Notes: generated by a model from the sequence alone, not told the origin. Numbered from the stretch's first letter, positions 34,141-46,230 are shown. The stretch: 64,000 bases of DNA from Rhynchopus sp. YZ270_cl-10 (GCA_964035575.1 OZ037839.1:62001-126000), one strand, 5' to 3'. Program-made: numbers and translations.

Positions 34141-35351
34141 ATATTGAAAAATTGGCTGGTTCTCTGTGGTGGGGGATATACGGAAAAATGGACAAAAGTT
34201 TAGTGCTTAAATTTTCACATTTTTATCATACAATGCAACGAGGCGGGGTACGCCTGAAAATACTCATATCTGGAAAATATATCTGAGGCGTGCCTGAGGC
34301 GTACTCGGGATTAGTTATGTTTAAGTACGCCTCAGGCACGCCTGAGTATATATCAACGCATACTTGCGTTCCAGGCGCCTGGTGTGTATTTTTCCCCCGC
34401 AAAAAGGGCCTCTGATCCATTTCCGGAGCGATCTGAAAAAATTCCGGGGTCGGACAATTCTTTTAGCAAAAAATGCGTGACTTTAAGTTTGTACCAAAAA
34501 TCAGGGAAAGTATACCCGGTTTCATATTTCTGCTGATTTCTAAAGTGGTAAACTGCCTCCTAAAAAGAGGCTTCGCAGGGCATACTGTAACGCCTTCTCT
34601 GCCGCCCACAGCTCCGTCTTGGTTGGAGTCACAGAAATGACATAGCTTAACCCATAGAACACTGAAGCCAGGTAATCCAGGGAACACTGCTGAGGTGGTA
34701 GGCTGTGTTAGGGAACCTGGTTGTGTGGTGAGTTGGGTAGAGGAGGAGGAGGGGGAAGAGAGAAGGAGAGGGGGGTAAATAGTCGCCCACCCCCTGTTTT
34801 ATGTTTTGTGTTTTGTTAATGCACAATTCAAATACCACTCCTTGTGGGGTGCTTCTTTGTTGCCTTTTGGAAGGAATCTATTTTCCATCCCATGGTATTG
34901 TATTGCGCTTCCTGACGTTGCCTCAACTCCACAAAAATATTAGGCAAAAATCCGGTGGTGGACTCCCAAAGAGAAGGGCTTGAAATACAACAAGAACCAG
35001 ACTTTCCGCGCTGAAGAATCCGATGAAGAATTCTTCGAAAATAAAACTCTTCCTTTTTTAGATAGGTATTCAGTAAAAAGAAACGAAAACAAGTTTTCTT
35101 TCCTTACTTCAAAAACTCTCTCTTTTTTGTTTGATTTGGTTTTGGTTGAGACACGTCAATGGTGTCGGTTCTGTGGAATCACTGAACCACCCATATCCTG
35201 TATCACATCGTTGATTGTTCTTTCCCTGCGTTGACTGCAGGAAAGTTCGCGAAAACTATCGCGACCAGGATTTTTGAAAAAAGATGAACAAAAAACAGAG
35301 AGTAGATCTAGGCTGATTGACGTCGGGCTGGTTTGCCCATTTTGTCACTTT

Positions 35352-35582
35352 TTACCACCGATTTAAACGGATCACCACCGATCGCGATCGATCACCGTCG
35401 ATCAGCACCGATCACCACCGACCACCACCGCTCACCCACCGATTGCACCGACCACATCGATTTACGCACCGATCACCACCGATCAGTACCGATCACCGTC
35501 GATCACCGTCGATCACCACCGATCACCACCGATCACCACCGATCACCACCGATCACCATCGATCACCATCGATCACCACCAC
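35352..35582. repeat. 10-bp minisatellite (CCGATCACCA)n, degenerate
   Basis: Direct reading. Followed by three 20-bp GAGCGTGTAATTTATTTTT units and an inverted copy. Confidence 0.92.
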
Positions 35583-35716
35583 GATTTTCTGAGCGTGTAA
35601 TTTATTTTTCGAGCGTGTAATTTATTTTTTGAGCGTGTAATACTGGAAAATAAATTACACGCCCCTCTTAACGATTTTGTTAAGGGGCGTGAAATTCATG
35701 GTCTCAAGCGGTAATA

Positions 35717-38632
35717 CACGGATGCTGCCAGATCTGGCCAGATCTCCAGATCTGGGCCTCCCAGATCTGGCCAGATCTGGAAATTTTTTTTTTTTTTTTG
35801 AAAAAAAAAATTTTCCCAGACGTCCCAGATCTGGCCAGATCTGGCCAGATCTGGCCACATCTGGGAGATCTGGGACGTCTGGGAAAATTTTTTTTTCCAG
35901 GTACCCCCAATGACATAACGAAGTATCGCTTGAAGTACCGTTCAATATACGTTGCTCGTGTGTGCAAGTTACGAAGTAGGACACACAAGGTATATCAAAC
36001 GATAAATCAATCAGATAAACGTTACATCATTGGAAAATTGTTGGCACCGCCGCCCTGTCTTCGTATTTATTACGTCGACAGGCCAAACAGCGTTGGGCTC
36101 AGAAGAAGCAGTGCAAAACACTGGGGATCAACATGAGAACCAACTCCCAACAACACAGGCTACCGAAGTAGCAGGTGGGGTGTTGCGGGTGTTTGGGGTG
36201 AAAGAAAATCGATTTTGGTAAGTTACAGCAGAAAATTCTTAAGTTTGCACAATTGAGAAGGGTGTTACCACTGCCTAATATTATTCGTACATGTGAACCG
36301 GTAAGGTCGAGAAGGGTGGACACGGCATACAAGTACAAGTACAAGTAAGACGTACCTTCTACAAAGGCTGAATTCGCAATTCTTAAGGGATTGAATTCAG
36401 CCCCCACGTGGTGTTTTTGAGAAAATCATTCCATGGTATACAGCTAATGGTTCCCGAAGAATGATTCGCCCCTCCTCGTTCATGCAAACTTAAGAAAATT
36501 CTGAAGTAACTACAACCTGGCGTGCGGGTACAGATGCATTGCTTTGTTCTTTCCTCAAAGTCATGTGTGATCTCTCGGGTCTGTACTAAAGTCAGTGTTT
36601 AGATAAGCATCCACGTGACTCGTTCTAACAACCGTTGAAATCTAGAACAAAACAATACACTGCCCCTTATCACACCAAGCCGCCATGCTTCAAGAGCATG
36701 CCCTGGGCAAAAATTACTCTGACAAAAATTGGTTTTCTGGGGGAACGCAATATTTTCTTGTGCCTAGTCCTCCGCAAGAGCAGAGGACAGACTTTCCGGA
36801 TCCCGAAGTCGAATTTCTTGCACTAGCTATGCTCCCTGGGTTAAATGGCTATAGCAGTGACTGACTAAGAGTTTCATAATAATTAGGGTGGTCTATGGGG
36901 TGGGTTAATGGAAAAGTTGGTATATAAACCCGACTTTTACGATCGCCACCTGGTTTTCAAATAATTGCACCAGCTCTTCCGTCGGCACTGCTTCGCTGTC
37001 ACGATGAAGGGTCGTCGGTTCGGGTACCTGTTAAGAGAAATTGAATGTAAAAGTAGAGACTACAACAAAAAAACAAACAAACAAACAAGAAGCCGCCCCG
37101 TACCCCTTAAACGTAAAAGTGACATTTTTGTTGACAAAAAAAAAAAAAATAGCTAAAAAATAGCGGACATGTCGAAAAGGGAGAAAACCGGGGGGTTAAA
37201 AACATACCTTGCACTCGGCCCACTCTCCAGGTACAAAGAACATCACTGCACGACAAACCCACTACTACGATAGAAAATAACTATTTTTTACCGAACAGAA
37301 AGGTCGTTTTATTGATGAGTGTTTTCTGAGTGCACACTCAGTGGGGACAAAATGCAACACTTACCGAAAAAATTCTCCAATCGGACAAAAACCTTTCTAA
37401 ACACCCAAAAAAAACACCTCAGTCCACATCCGCTGGGGTCGCGAGATGGAAATATATGGTTTTACAGCTTTTGGGGGGTCTAGCGTGGGTCCCAGATGCA
37501 TTTTGCAACGGGTCTGTGTGTGTGCCTCAACCGCTTCACAGTACCCTTTTTTGTAACTGAAAACGACGCATCCTGTACCTAAGTGCACTGAAGCCTTGCT
37601 TGCGTCCTCCTTCGTGGTTTTGGGCGTTCGCATGCGAGAATCATTATCGCATTCGCACATGTAATTCTCGCATCACGGAGAGGATTTTAGCGTTACGTGA
37701 CCACAAAAAAAGTGCACAAAATTATTAGGTCGAAAATCACCTTGCACTTGTGAAGGCATTGCTAAGGAAATGTGAAATATGCGTGTTTTTGGACACAAAA
37801 GTGCGTTTTGGGTGGTTCTGAAGGGTCAAAACACCAAAAAAATGCGTTTTTTTTGCATTTTTGGTCACCCAAGGACCCACTATTTTGGTTGATATTTTTT
37901 TTTTCCCTTTGCGAAAAAGTACCCAAAAAGCACGGCTATAAAAACGCTAAGGAAAAATCGATATTCATTTTTTGGGCAGAGAAGTGCGTTTTAGGCGCCC
38001 ACCGACGGTCAAAACATCAAAATTTTTGTGTTTTTGGCATCTTTGGACACCCAAGGACCCACTATCAGGGGTGAATTTTTTTTTGCCTGAGATTTGCCTT
38101 TGCCAAAAATCGAAAAAAAAAATTATGAAGGAAATTGCTAAGAAAAAGTCGAAATTGTGGGCCCCTGTAGTGCATATGGCGGTACCCCAGATCGTCAAAA
38201 CACCCGACTCTTGCGTTTTTTTGCACTTTTTGGTGCACAAAAACCCTACTCAGGGGTCAAAATTTTCCCGGGAAAAAAATTTTTTTTTTCGAGATTTTTC
38301 AAAAATCGACTTGTCTTTGGTAAAAACCACGAAATTTCGGGTGCGCGAAACCACGTTTTAGACCCCCACAGATGCTCAAAAGTGTCAAATTTTGCTTTTA
38401 ACGGCCTCAAATCGTCGAAATTAGCCCTATATAGGGGCGAAAAAAAAAATTCGAGAGTCCCTTTCCCTGGGAGACAATAGCCAGAAATCTGAGGAAAAAA
38501 AAAAAAAAATTTCCCAGATTCCCAGATCTGGCCAGATCTGGCCAGATCTGGAAACAAGATCTCCACATCTGGAAAACGAGCCAGATCTGGGAAATTGGCC
38601 CCCAAATCTGGCCAGATCTGGCAGCATCCGTG
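35717..38632. mobile_element. CAC-terminated TIR DNA element (Transib/Chapaev/CACTA-type ends), non-autonomous
   Basis: TIRs CACGGATGCTGCCAGATCTGGCCAGAT / reverse complement. Direct repeat TAATA at 35712-35716 and 38633-38637. Many subterminal CCAGATCTGG palindromes. Confidence 0.85.
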
Positions 38633-38643
38633 TAATAAATATC

Positions 38644-38646
<3 letters not shown>

Positions 38647-38678
<32 letters not shown>

Positions 38679-41600
38679 TAACCTCTCTCTCTTTTACGGC
38701 AGGTGACCGGTTGAGGTGATACTTCCGGACTGAGGAAGGGCATTCTTTTACTTTTTTATTTGCCTGGAGGGGGTACGGGGCGGCCTCTTGTAAGTTTGTT
38801 TTTGTTTGTAGTCTTTTGTTGGTTTAGGGGCGTGGCTGACGACACGATGAACCTCCTTGGCTCAAAGCTGTTAACGACGTCTAGCCAGGCCTGGCTGTAC
38901 ACTCTAGTCTATAAAAGGGGGAGGGGGGGGGAAACGAAAAAGGAAAAGTAGAAAAATGGTGACTCTAGTGTCTATGTGGCGTTTCGACGACGCGTCTGCA
39001 CAAGGCTCCGCAGGCGGTTGTACAGCTCCGCCGACTTCTTCAGCTCCCACGGGTTCAACATCGGCTTCACTGCATTCCTCCACCGCCCACAGTACTCGAA
39101 AGCCTCCGCTGCCGTCAGTCCGTACCCACCTTGGGAGCTGAAATGAGTGGTATTGGGATAGAACAGTCCCTCCCACTCTTCGGCCGTCTCTGGAGTAGGC
39201 AAGTCAAACCCGGGGCAGGGCGCTATGTCATTCCATACCGGCACAGAGTTCGGGAGGGCTGGTGGTGCGGATTGGGAGCCACTCTCCGATGTTGTGTCTG
39301 TGCTGGGGACCGATGATGCGCCTGGCAAAGGAACTGCGGGTTGGGACCTGTCGAGGAGGTCCGCGGAGTACGCACTGCCTTGCGAGGCGTCGTGTGGCTG
39401 TTCACTCGTGTCAGCGCGGGAGTGAGCTGCCTCAGAGGACGTGAATACGGGGGGGGCTGGGGTGGTGTTTGAATAGCCACTCCCCGTATGTGTCCTAGTG
39501 GGCTGCACCTGCGATGAAGCGGTTGGCGGAACAGCGTGGGGCTGCTCTCTCGTGTTGGAGGTTGAGGGAGCTGCCGCAACAGGCGCGGGTACGGGGAGGG
39601 CTGAGTGGGTGTTGGAATAGCCACTCTCCGTATGTGCCTGATGCTGCTGAGACGCGGCCGATCCAGCAAGCGACTGCGACGAGGTGCCAGGTTGGACAGG
39701 GGTCTGCTCTACGTGGGGCGCACACGAAGTAGGGAGGGCTGGTGCTGTGTTAGAGTAGCCACTCTCTGCTTCGGACTTCGCAAGGTTACGGAGCCGGCCG
39801 CCAAGCATCGAAGCCCACTGCTGGTCCCCCCCACTCAAACTCGGCTTCATTGCCTCCCACCAACGAGTGAAGCACACTAGAGCGTTAGCAGCTGACATAG
39901 ACGCGCCCTCGGGATCGGCGTGAGTGGCAACGGGGTAGAACAAAACCCGCCACTCCTCTGGGGTCGCTGGGATCGGCCTGTTGTACCCAGGGCAGGGCGC
40001 CAAGTCGTTCCAGAAAATCACATTGCTCGGGCACGGGAGGGCTGAATTGGTGTTGGAGTAGCCACTCGCCGTAGGTGTCTGATGTTGCTGAGGCTCGTCT
40101 GAAGCAGAGGGCGCTTGCGAGGTGTTAGGCTGGGGAACAGCGTGCGCGACGTGGGGCACCGAGGGCGCGGAGGCGGCAGGGAGGGCTGATTGTGTGGTAG
40201 AGTAGCCGCTCTCCTGTCCCTTGACGTCCGATGGTGCCTGTCTCATGGTGTCGTGTAGCTGTGCCCTCCTCATCTTCGCAGCCTCCGTGCTCTTAGCCAC
40301 CCGGACTTGTTTCTGATCCTTCACCAGGCTGTTGCTCTTGGGGTCCGTCGTCACCGTGCGCTCCGTCTTCTTCACAGAGCGCGGGTTGCTGGCGACCGGT
40401 AGGGCGCGAGGGCAAGTTGAACCTAGGGGAAGACACGACAGGCACGCCCACCCCACGCACTCCCGACACTGCCAGTGGCGTTCACTGCCAAGAACAGCAG
40501 CCAAGCACAACTCGCATCGCCCGAAATCCGCCCTCGTTTCGTCCTGAGGATAGTCCAGCAGAGCCTCGCGAGACACACATGTGAGCGACGGCAGGCACGG
40601 GTTCGGCTCTTGCATCAGGAGGTACTGCGTCAGCTTCTCGGGGATGGTGACCGGTGTGAAGTGGCCCGCTACGTGACCGTCGTGGGCCAGCGCAAGCACG
40701 TGACGGTAGCCCACAGTGCCTGAGGGGGTGAAGACCGTGGGCCGTTGCCCACCGACGAACACCACCACAACCGAATGCAGAACGCGAGCAAGACTGTTAA
40801 CCGTCACCATGTCAGCCCAGGTGTCCGGGCGCGGACTCCCAGCGATGCGCATCCGACTCGCCCATACTGCGACATTTGGCTCTGCACGCGCCGCTAAGTC
40901 CTCATCTTGGACTACCTGTGCAATCGCAGACAGTCTCAAGGACCCCGCGTCCCTCTCGCACTGGTACGCCACAGCGTCAAAGCAGCAGTCACCCACAGTG
41001 TAGCGGAAGTCCCCGGGGACGGAGCATCCAAGGGCAGACAGCTGCGTCGCAAGAGCAGGAGGAGGGTCGCACGCACACTGTGCCTGGAAGGCCGCTGCAG
41101 GGTCATCACAGGGAGCGTGAGTCACTTCTAGAGAAGACTGGTGGGTGGTCTCTTTGCCAGCCTGCCGCTGTAACCACACCTCCATTGCTACTGTGGCCTC
41201 ATCAACATCGTAAGGGGGATCAGGGGCTGCGGGCTCCTCGACGATTTCGCAATCGTTTTCAGCTAAGCGGTACAGGTGATCATCCACGTAGGAAGGGAAC
41301 CGGTCATCGGGGGTGTCAGGCGGGGCGTAGTAGTCTTTTGAGAGGGGAACAAGTTTTTCCGGCAAAGCCTCCCGTGAGTTCCCGAGGCTGAAGCACAGAG
41401 CGCCCCTCTTCAGCAACGTGGCACCCACCTCCCGTTGGAGACCCACAGCCAGGCGTTCGTTCCACTTGACCGAGGCCAGAACCTTGTCTCCATCCGCGCG
41501 CTCCGCCGCCATCTTGTTCAAATGTCGCCACAGTGTAGCCGCCTCCGGTCCTAGCCCCCCAAAGACCTCGGCTGCAAAGGCTGAGAAGGAAATGTGGGCC

Positions 41601-41680
41601 TTCCTGCAAGCGTCACCATGTTTACCCCGTTTCTTCGACTGAGCTTTGACCGCTGCGTGCCCCACTGCTCGGGCCGCCTC
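38647..41680 (-). mobile_element. 5'-truncated non-LTR retrotransposon, CRE/SLACS-like REL clade, with 3'UTR and poly(A)
   Basis: T31 tract at 38647-38677 (poly(A) on minus), ~290-bp 3'UTR, and an ORF beginning inside an REL endonuclease. Inserted into a T-tract of the AT-rich repeat family seen at 41680-42750. Confidence 0.8.
38972..41665 (-). CDS. C-terminal part of retrotransposon ORF: REL endonuclease tail + OTU-like protease + Cys-rich zinc finger + repeats (5'-partial, no true start)
   Basis: REL tail: KKRGKH..AC....FSAFAAEVFGGLGPEA...W.ERLAVGLQR. OTU-like: VGDCCFDAVAYQ...TWADMVTVNSLARVL...GHFTPV. Zinc finger: CELC...CREC...CLSC. 897 codons without a stop. Confidence 0.75.
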   Translation of the reverse strand: MGHAAVKAQSKKRGKHGDACRKAHISFSAFAAEVFGGLGPEAATLWRHLNKMAAERADGDKVLASVKWNERLAVGLQREVGATLLKRGALCFSLGNSREALPEKLVPLSKDYYAPPDTPDDRFPSYVDDHLYRLAENDCEIVEEPAAPDPPYDVDEATVAMEVWLQRQAGKETTHQSSLEVTHAPCDDPAAAFQAQCACDPPPALATQLSALGCSVPGDFRYTVGDCCFDAVAYQCERDAGSLRLSAIAQVVQDEDLAARAEPNVAVWASRMRIAGSPRPDTWADMVTVNSLARVLHSVVVVFVGGQRPTVFTPSGTVGYRHVLALAHDGHVAGHFTPVTIPEKLTQYLLMQEPNPCLPSLTCVSREALLDYPQDETRADFGRCELCLAAVLGSERHWQCRECVGWACLSCLPLGSTCPRALPVASNPRSVKKTERTVTTDPKSNSLVKDQKQVRVAKSTEAAKMRRAQLHDTMRQAPSDVKGQESGYSTTQSALPAASAPSVPHVAHAVPQPNTSQAPSASDEPQQHQTPTASGYSNTNSALPCPSNVIFWNDLAPCPGYNRPIPATPEEWRVLFYPVATHADPEGASMSAANALVCFTRWWEAMKPSLSGGDQQWASMLGGRLRNLAKSEAESGYSNTAPALPTSCAPHVEQTPVQPGTSSQSLAGSAASQQHQAHTESGYSNTHSALPVPAPVAAAPSTSNTREQPHAVPPTASSQVQPTRTHTGSGYSNTTPAPPVFTSSEAAHSRADTSEQPHDASQGSAYSADLLDRSQPAVPLPGASSVPSTDTTSESGSQSAPPALPNSVPVWNDIAPCPGFDLPTPETAEEWEGLFYPNTTHFSSQGGYGLTAAEAFEYCGRWRNAVKPMLNPWELKKSAELYNRLRSLVQTRRRNAT

Positions 41681-42830
41681 TTTTTTTTTTTTTTTGAATT
41701 TTTTTTCTCGACATCTACTTTTCCAAGCTTGGAAAAAAAAATTTTTTTTTTGGGCCTGACCTTGGGACCTTGTGCACCGAAAAATGCAAAAAACGGCAAA
41801 ATTTTGATGTTTTGAGCATCTGTGGGTGAATCATATGCACTGCTACAGTGGCCTATTATTGGGTGTTTTCCTTAGCAAATTCCTTCACAAAACTCATTTT
41901 TGATTTTGGCAAAGGCAAATTTCAGGCCAAAAAAAAGTCACCCCTGGTAGTAGGTCCTTGGGTGTCCAAACATGCCAAAAACACAAAAAAATTGATGTTT
42001 TGGCCTTCTGTGGGCACCTAAAACGCACTTCTCTGCCCAAAAAACGAATCATTCACATTTCAGAGGTCCTGCATGAAAATGCCCATTTGAGCCCAAATTT
42101 TCGGTTTTTTTTCAACATTTCTTCAACACAGGCCCCGCCAGGTGGTCCGAGGGTCCAAAAAAAAAAAATTTTTTTTTTCGACCAAAAATTTTTTTTCGAC
42201 ATCTACTTTTTCAAGCCTGAAAAAAATAACGGGTGTTTCACTATAGGAGGCTACGTCAAATCTCAGTTAATACCAGTCAATACCAGTAAATATCAGTTTT
42301 TTTTCCAAGCTGGGAAAAGTAGTTGTCGAAAAAAAAATTTTTTTTTCCCAAAATTTTTTTTTCGACAACTACTTTTCCAAGCCTGAGAAAAACTGATATT
42401 TTACTGGTATTTTCCTGCATTGGTTTTTACTCTACGACGTACCCCTACCGGTATTTTCCCAGGCTTGGAAAAGTAGATGTCGAGAAAAATTTTTTCAAAA
42501 AAAAATTTTTTTTTTGAAAAATTTGACAACTACTTTTTCAAGCCTGGAAAAAAAAATTTTTTTTTGGGCCTGACCTTGGGACCTTGTGCACCGAAAAATT
42601 CAAAAAACGGCAAAATTTTGATGTTTTGAGCATCTGTGGGTGAATCATATGCACTGCTACAGTGGCCTATTATTGGGTGTTTTCCTTAGCAAATTCCTTC
42701 ACAAAACTCATTTTTGATTTTGGCAAAGGCAAATTTCAGGCCAAAAAAAAAATCGCCGGGGGGCTTCGCCCCCCGAACCCCCCATTGGGGGGCTTTGCCC
42801 CCCAAACCCCCCAGACCCCCCTATGCAATT
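41680..42830. repeat. AT-rich composite repeat (long-TIR transposon arm) with an internal ~200-bp direct duplication
   Basis: ~41727-41935 is repeated at ~42540-42750; homologous in inverted orientation to ~37780-38150. Confidence 0.75.
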
Positions 42831-43249
42831 GGGGGCCTGCGGCGCAGCTCGGAACTCTAGTGCATACCTAACGGGAACTCCAAATGGAGGTGTTTTTGTG
42901 CTTGCATCGTTACTACTTGCTCTCATGTGCCATCTGACAGCCCCATGCAGGACAACACTATGGTGTCCAGCATCGGCAGTGCGTACAACTCGGCGCTGGA
43001 GTTATCGACGTGACGTGGGTCTGGGAAGACGTCTCGCATATTCAGTACAAGTGTGAACGGTGCGAAAGCACTACCCAGTTTGCCGCGAGGCGGCAGGGCT
43101 ACCCTGCTCCTCTCCCCGGTGTTCAGTTTTATATTTTGAAAACTGGGTTGTCTCAGTGTGGACACCCGAGGATGAACTCCACTTTTCAAAACGCTGTTTA
43201 GTAACCGCTGATGAACACGCTGATGATCTCTCCTGTGTGGGAGATGTCA

Positions 43250-45000
43250 CACTGATGACGCTAAGGTTGCTCCCCACCGGTCCATCATCAGATGGGGGCG
43301 AAGCAGACGTTGTGGGTAGGCGGTTCTAGTCCGCTTTATTCTTGTTTCATGCTCGGGGGAAGTTGAGCGTTTTCTTTTTGATTGACGCCCTTTTGTGGCG
43401 GTGGGACCAGGCTCAGGGTCACCTGTGGGTGGTTTGTCGGGCACTGTATCAGGCAGTGCAGGCGGCTCAGGTTCTGGTAGTACGGGAGGGGTCACGATGG
43501 TGATGCACTGCCTTGGCGTTCCCCGTCGAACAAGGCTTGTAGGGGTGGCAGGGGTGGCGGTATTGTTACGCAGGCGTCGTAGGGGCGAGGTCCACTGAGC
43601 GACACGCGCAGTGATGGTGGTGTTGTAGGCGGGGAGGGGGCAGGTGCCCCAGTCACGGTCGGAGAGGGAACTGATGGACCTCGTCAGGTACTTCAGGATA
43701 GTGGCAATGCTGCCGGCGCAGAGTTTGGCACGTGGAGTGTGCCCACCAGACCGGAGGTGCACCGATAGGCCGTAGGCAGTGCAGCATCGTCACTTTTCTC
43801 TCCGGGAACGGGGCAGTCCAGCTTGTTCTCGGCGCAGTGCTTCCGGAACCATCGAAGCCAGAGGGACATCGCCTTCCCCCGCTCACGCACAGACAGGGCA
43901 TGGGCGACCTGTTTGCACTGTCGCAGCGAGATGCCTGAGTATACCTCAAAGCTAATACCCAGCTCAATGTTGCTGATGCAACTGTTGCTGTCCTCAACAG
44001 ACCTCAGCCACGCAAGAAAAGCAGTGTGTCGCTCAGGGCCGTATTTCCACGACGGAGGCGCCCTCGAGGGGAGCCGGCTCCAGTCAAAGTCCACGGAAAG
44101 TGACGGGGTGTCCGCAGCCCTGTCCCAGGGCAGGCGGGCTTTGGTACCCAGGCATTGTGTAGGGTAATTGTGTTTGCATACAGCTAAACCAAGACAACGT
44201 GGTCACCTTTAGTCCGTATTTGGATCGTAGTGACCAATGTCATGCGCTTAGGTGCCCATCAATGGGTCGGGGAGTGATCAAAGTTAAGGGAAATTATTCT
44301 GGCGTAAATGATGGATCAGATCTGCCGTCACTGCCTCACCCGGTCCCTCCCTTTGAAAAAAAATACCTCGTATGACTTTCAGAGATGGCAATGCCCAATT
44401 CCTACCCTTGGTCTTGCAGCTCAGTCTACAATAGCCCTGTACTAGACACGCCCGGTCGTAGACTCGACTATAGCACTGCCCCCGCATGTGCCTCGTCTTC
44501 TTTATCTTCTTCAGAGTCCACATTTGCATGCGGGCACCTAATACACCACACGTCGCCTTTTCTCGGTTTCCTAGACCCAGTCTCCCATCACCAATGAGGA
44601 CACCTTCGGCAGGCCCACTAGTGGATGCGGCGCTTTGCCTTTACTGTCATTCCACCGCGTCTACAAGGGTTTTAGAGCGGACTTGTCGTAGAACCGCCCA
44701 TACAGTGTCCCCGACACTTTCCCGCCCCCAACGGTGTTGAACCTCAGGTCCCCTGGCTTAGCCACTAAGAGAAAACCTGCAGCGTCCGCAGACGCATACA
44801 CGTCTGCGGCCATCACTGGCTTAGAGGGGCCGTGTGACGCACTGATTTCGACACGTTGCCGAAGAAGCGCGATCGCGCTTTGTGTGGTTTTGTGTATCCC
44901 TTGTGAACCTGGAATCGATAGCAGACAGGAAAAAGAGGATGGGCAGGCAGCACCTGCCCGACCTGTGTTAAGTGAATCAGTGATTGCCTGACAGATGTCT
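43250..45000 (-). pseudogene. Decayed 3' region of a probable LINE
   Basis: Fragments WCIRCPH...KEDEAH (CCHC-knuckle-like) and FLAWLRS...ISNIELGISFEVYSGISL; multiple stops and frameshifts. Confidence 0.35.
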
Positions 45001-45060
45001 GGGTAACCGTGTATTCTGTGTGGGTATCCGTGTCCGGAGTATACACGACGGTGAAGTAAA

Positions 45061-45483
45061 ATGACATGACATGACATGACATGACATGACATGACATGAC
45101 ATGACATGACATGACATGACATGACATGACATGACATGACATGACATGACATGACATGACATGACATGACATGACATGACATGACATGACATGACATGAC
45201 ATGACATGACATGACATGACATGACATGACATGACATGACATGACATGACATGACATGACATGACATGACATGACATGACATGACATGACATGACATGAC
45301 ATGACATGACATGACATGACATGACATGACATGACATGACATGACATGACATGACATGACATGACATGACATGACATGACATGACATGACATGACATGAC
45401 ATGACATGACATGACATGACATGACATGACATGACATGACATGACATGACATGACATGACATGACATGACATGACATGACATG
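45061..45483. repeat. (ATGAC)n microsatellite, ~84 perfect units
   Basis: Direct reading. Confidence 0.99.
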
Positions 45484-45984
45484 CGCTTTTACATGTGCTT
45501 TCCATGTAACTTTTTTTACATGTACTTTACATGTAAAGTGACATGTGCCATGACAAGGTGCATGACCAGTTACATGACAAGACTAACTAACGACAAGACT
45601 CCTGTATATAATGAGTGGCGTTAGGCCCTTGTCATTATTTAGTCTTGTCATGCAACTAGTCATACCCCCTTGTGTCATTGCTCACACTCGGTTGTGGTGC
45701 AACGCACCGGGGTACCCTAAATAGGGTCCGCGCGGGGTACTCAGTCCAATCCGGACTGAGCGCTCACCCCGAGTCCGCCGGGCTGACTCGGGGTCCGGCC
45801 AATAGGGTCCGGCCACTCCATCGTGTGGTTTGTGTCGGATTGGTAGCCTTGAACAGGGAAATAGCTAATGGAATTGGAACCTCTGTCGCGGTGTCGCAAC
45901 GACTGCTCTGCAAGTCGCCACCAGATCCACTTTTATGAAAATAAGTGTAGGGGAGGACCTCTCACAACTTCTGAGCAAAGTCGG

Positions 45985-46230
45985 TTTTTGACACAAAATC
46001 GGGGTGGGTGGGCCATAATTTGCTCCAAATATGACCAGTCGAAAATTGGGATTTTTCTGAAATTTGCATTGTGCCCAGCAAAAATCCTCGTTTTTTTGAA
46101 GAATTTTACAAAAAATATGCTATGCCCCCTATGACTGGACCCAACTCCCCTCACTATTTTTTGCCTAAAAAAGCCCCAAAAATTCTGCAGGTTTTTTCAG
46201 GTTTTGCGATTTTTACGAGATTTAGCGTAG
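45985..46230. repeat. ~240-bp dispersed repeat, inverted copy at ~62810-63047
   Basis: Direct sequence match (GGGTGGGTGGGCCATAATTTGCTCCAAATATGACCAGTCG...). Confidence 0.85.

Noticed and set aside
35317..35620. Thr/Asp/His/Arg-rich ORFs
   Set aside because: Translations of the 10-bp minisatellite.
44661..45505. ORFs encoding (MSCHV)n
   Set aside because: These are translations of the stop-free ATGAC microsatellite.
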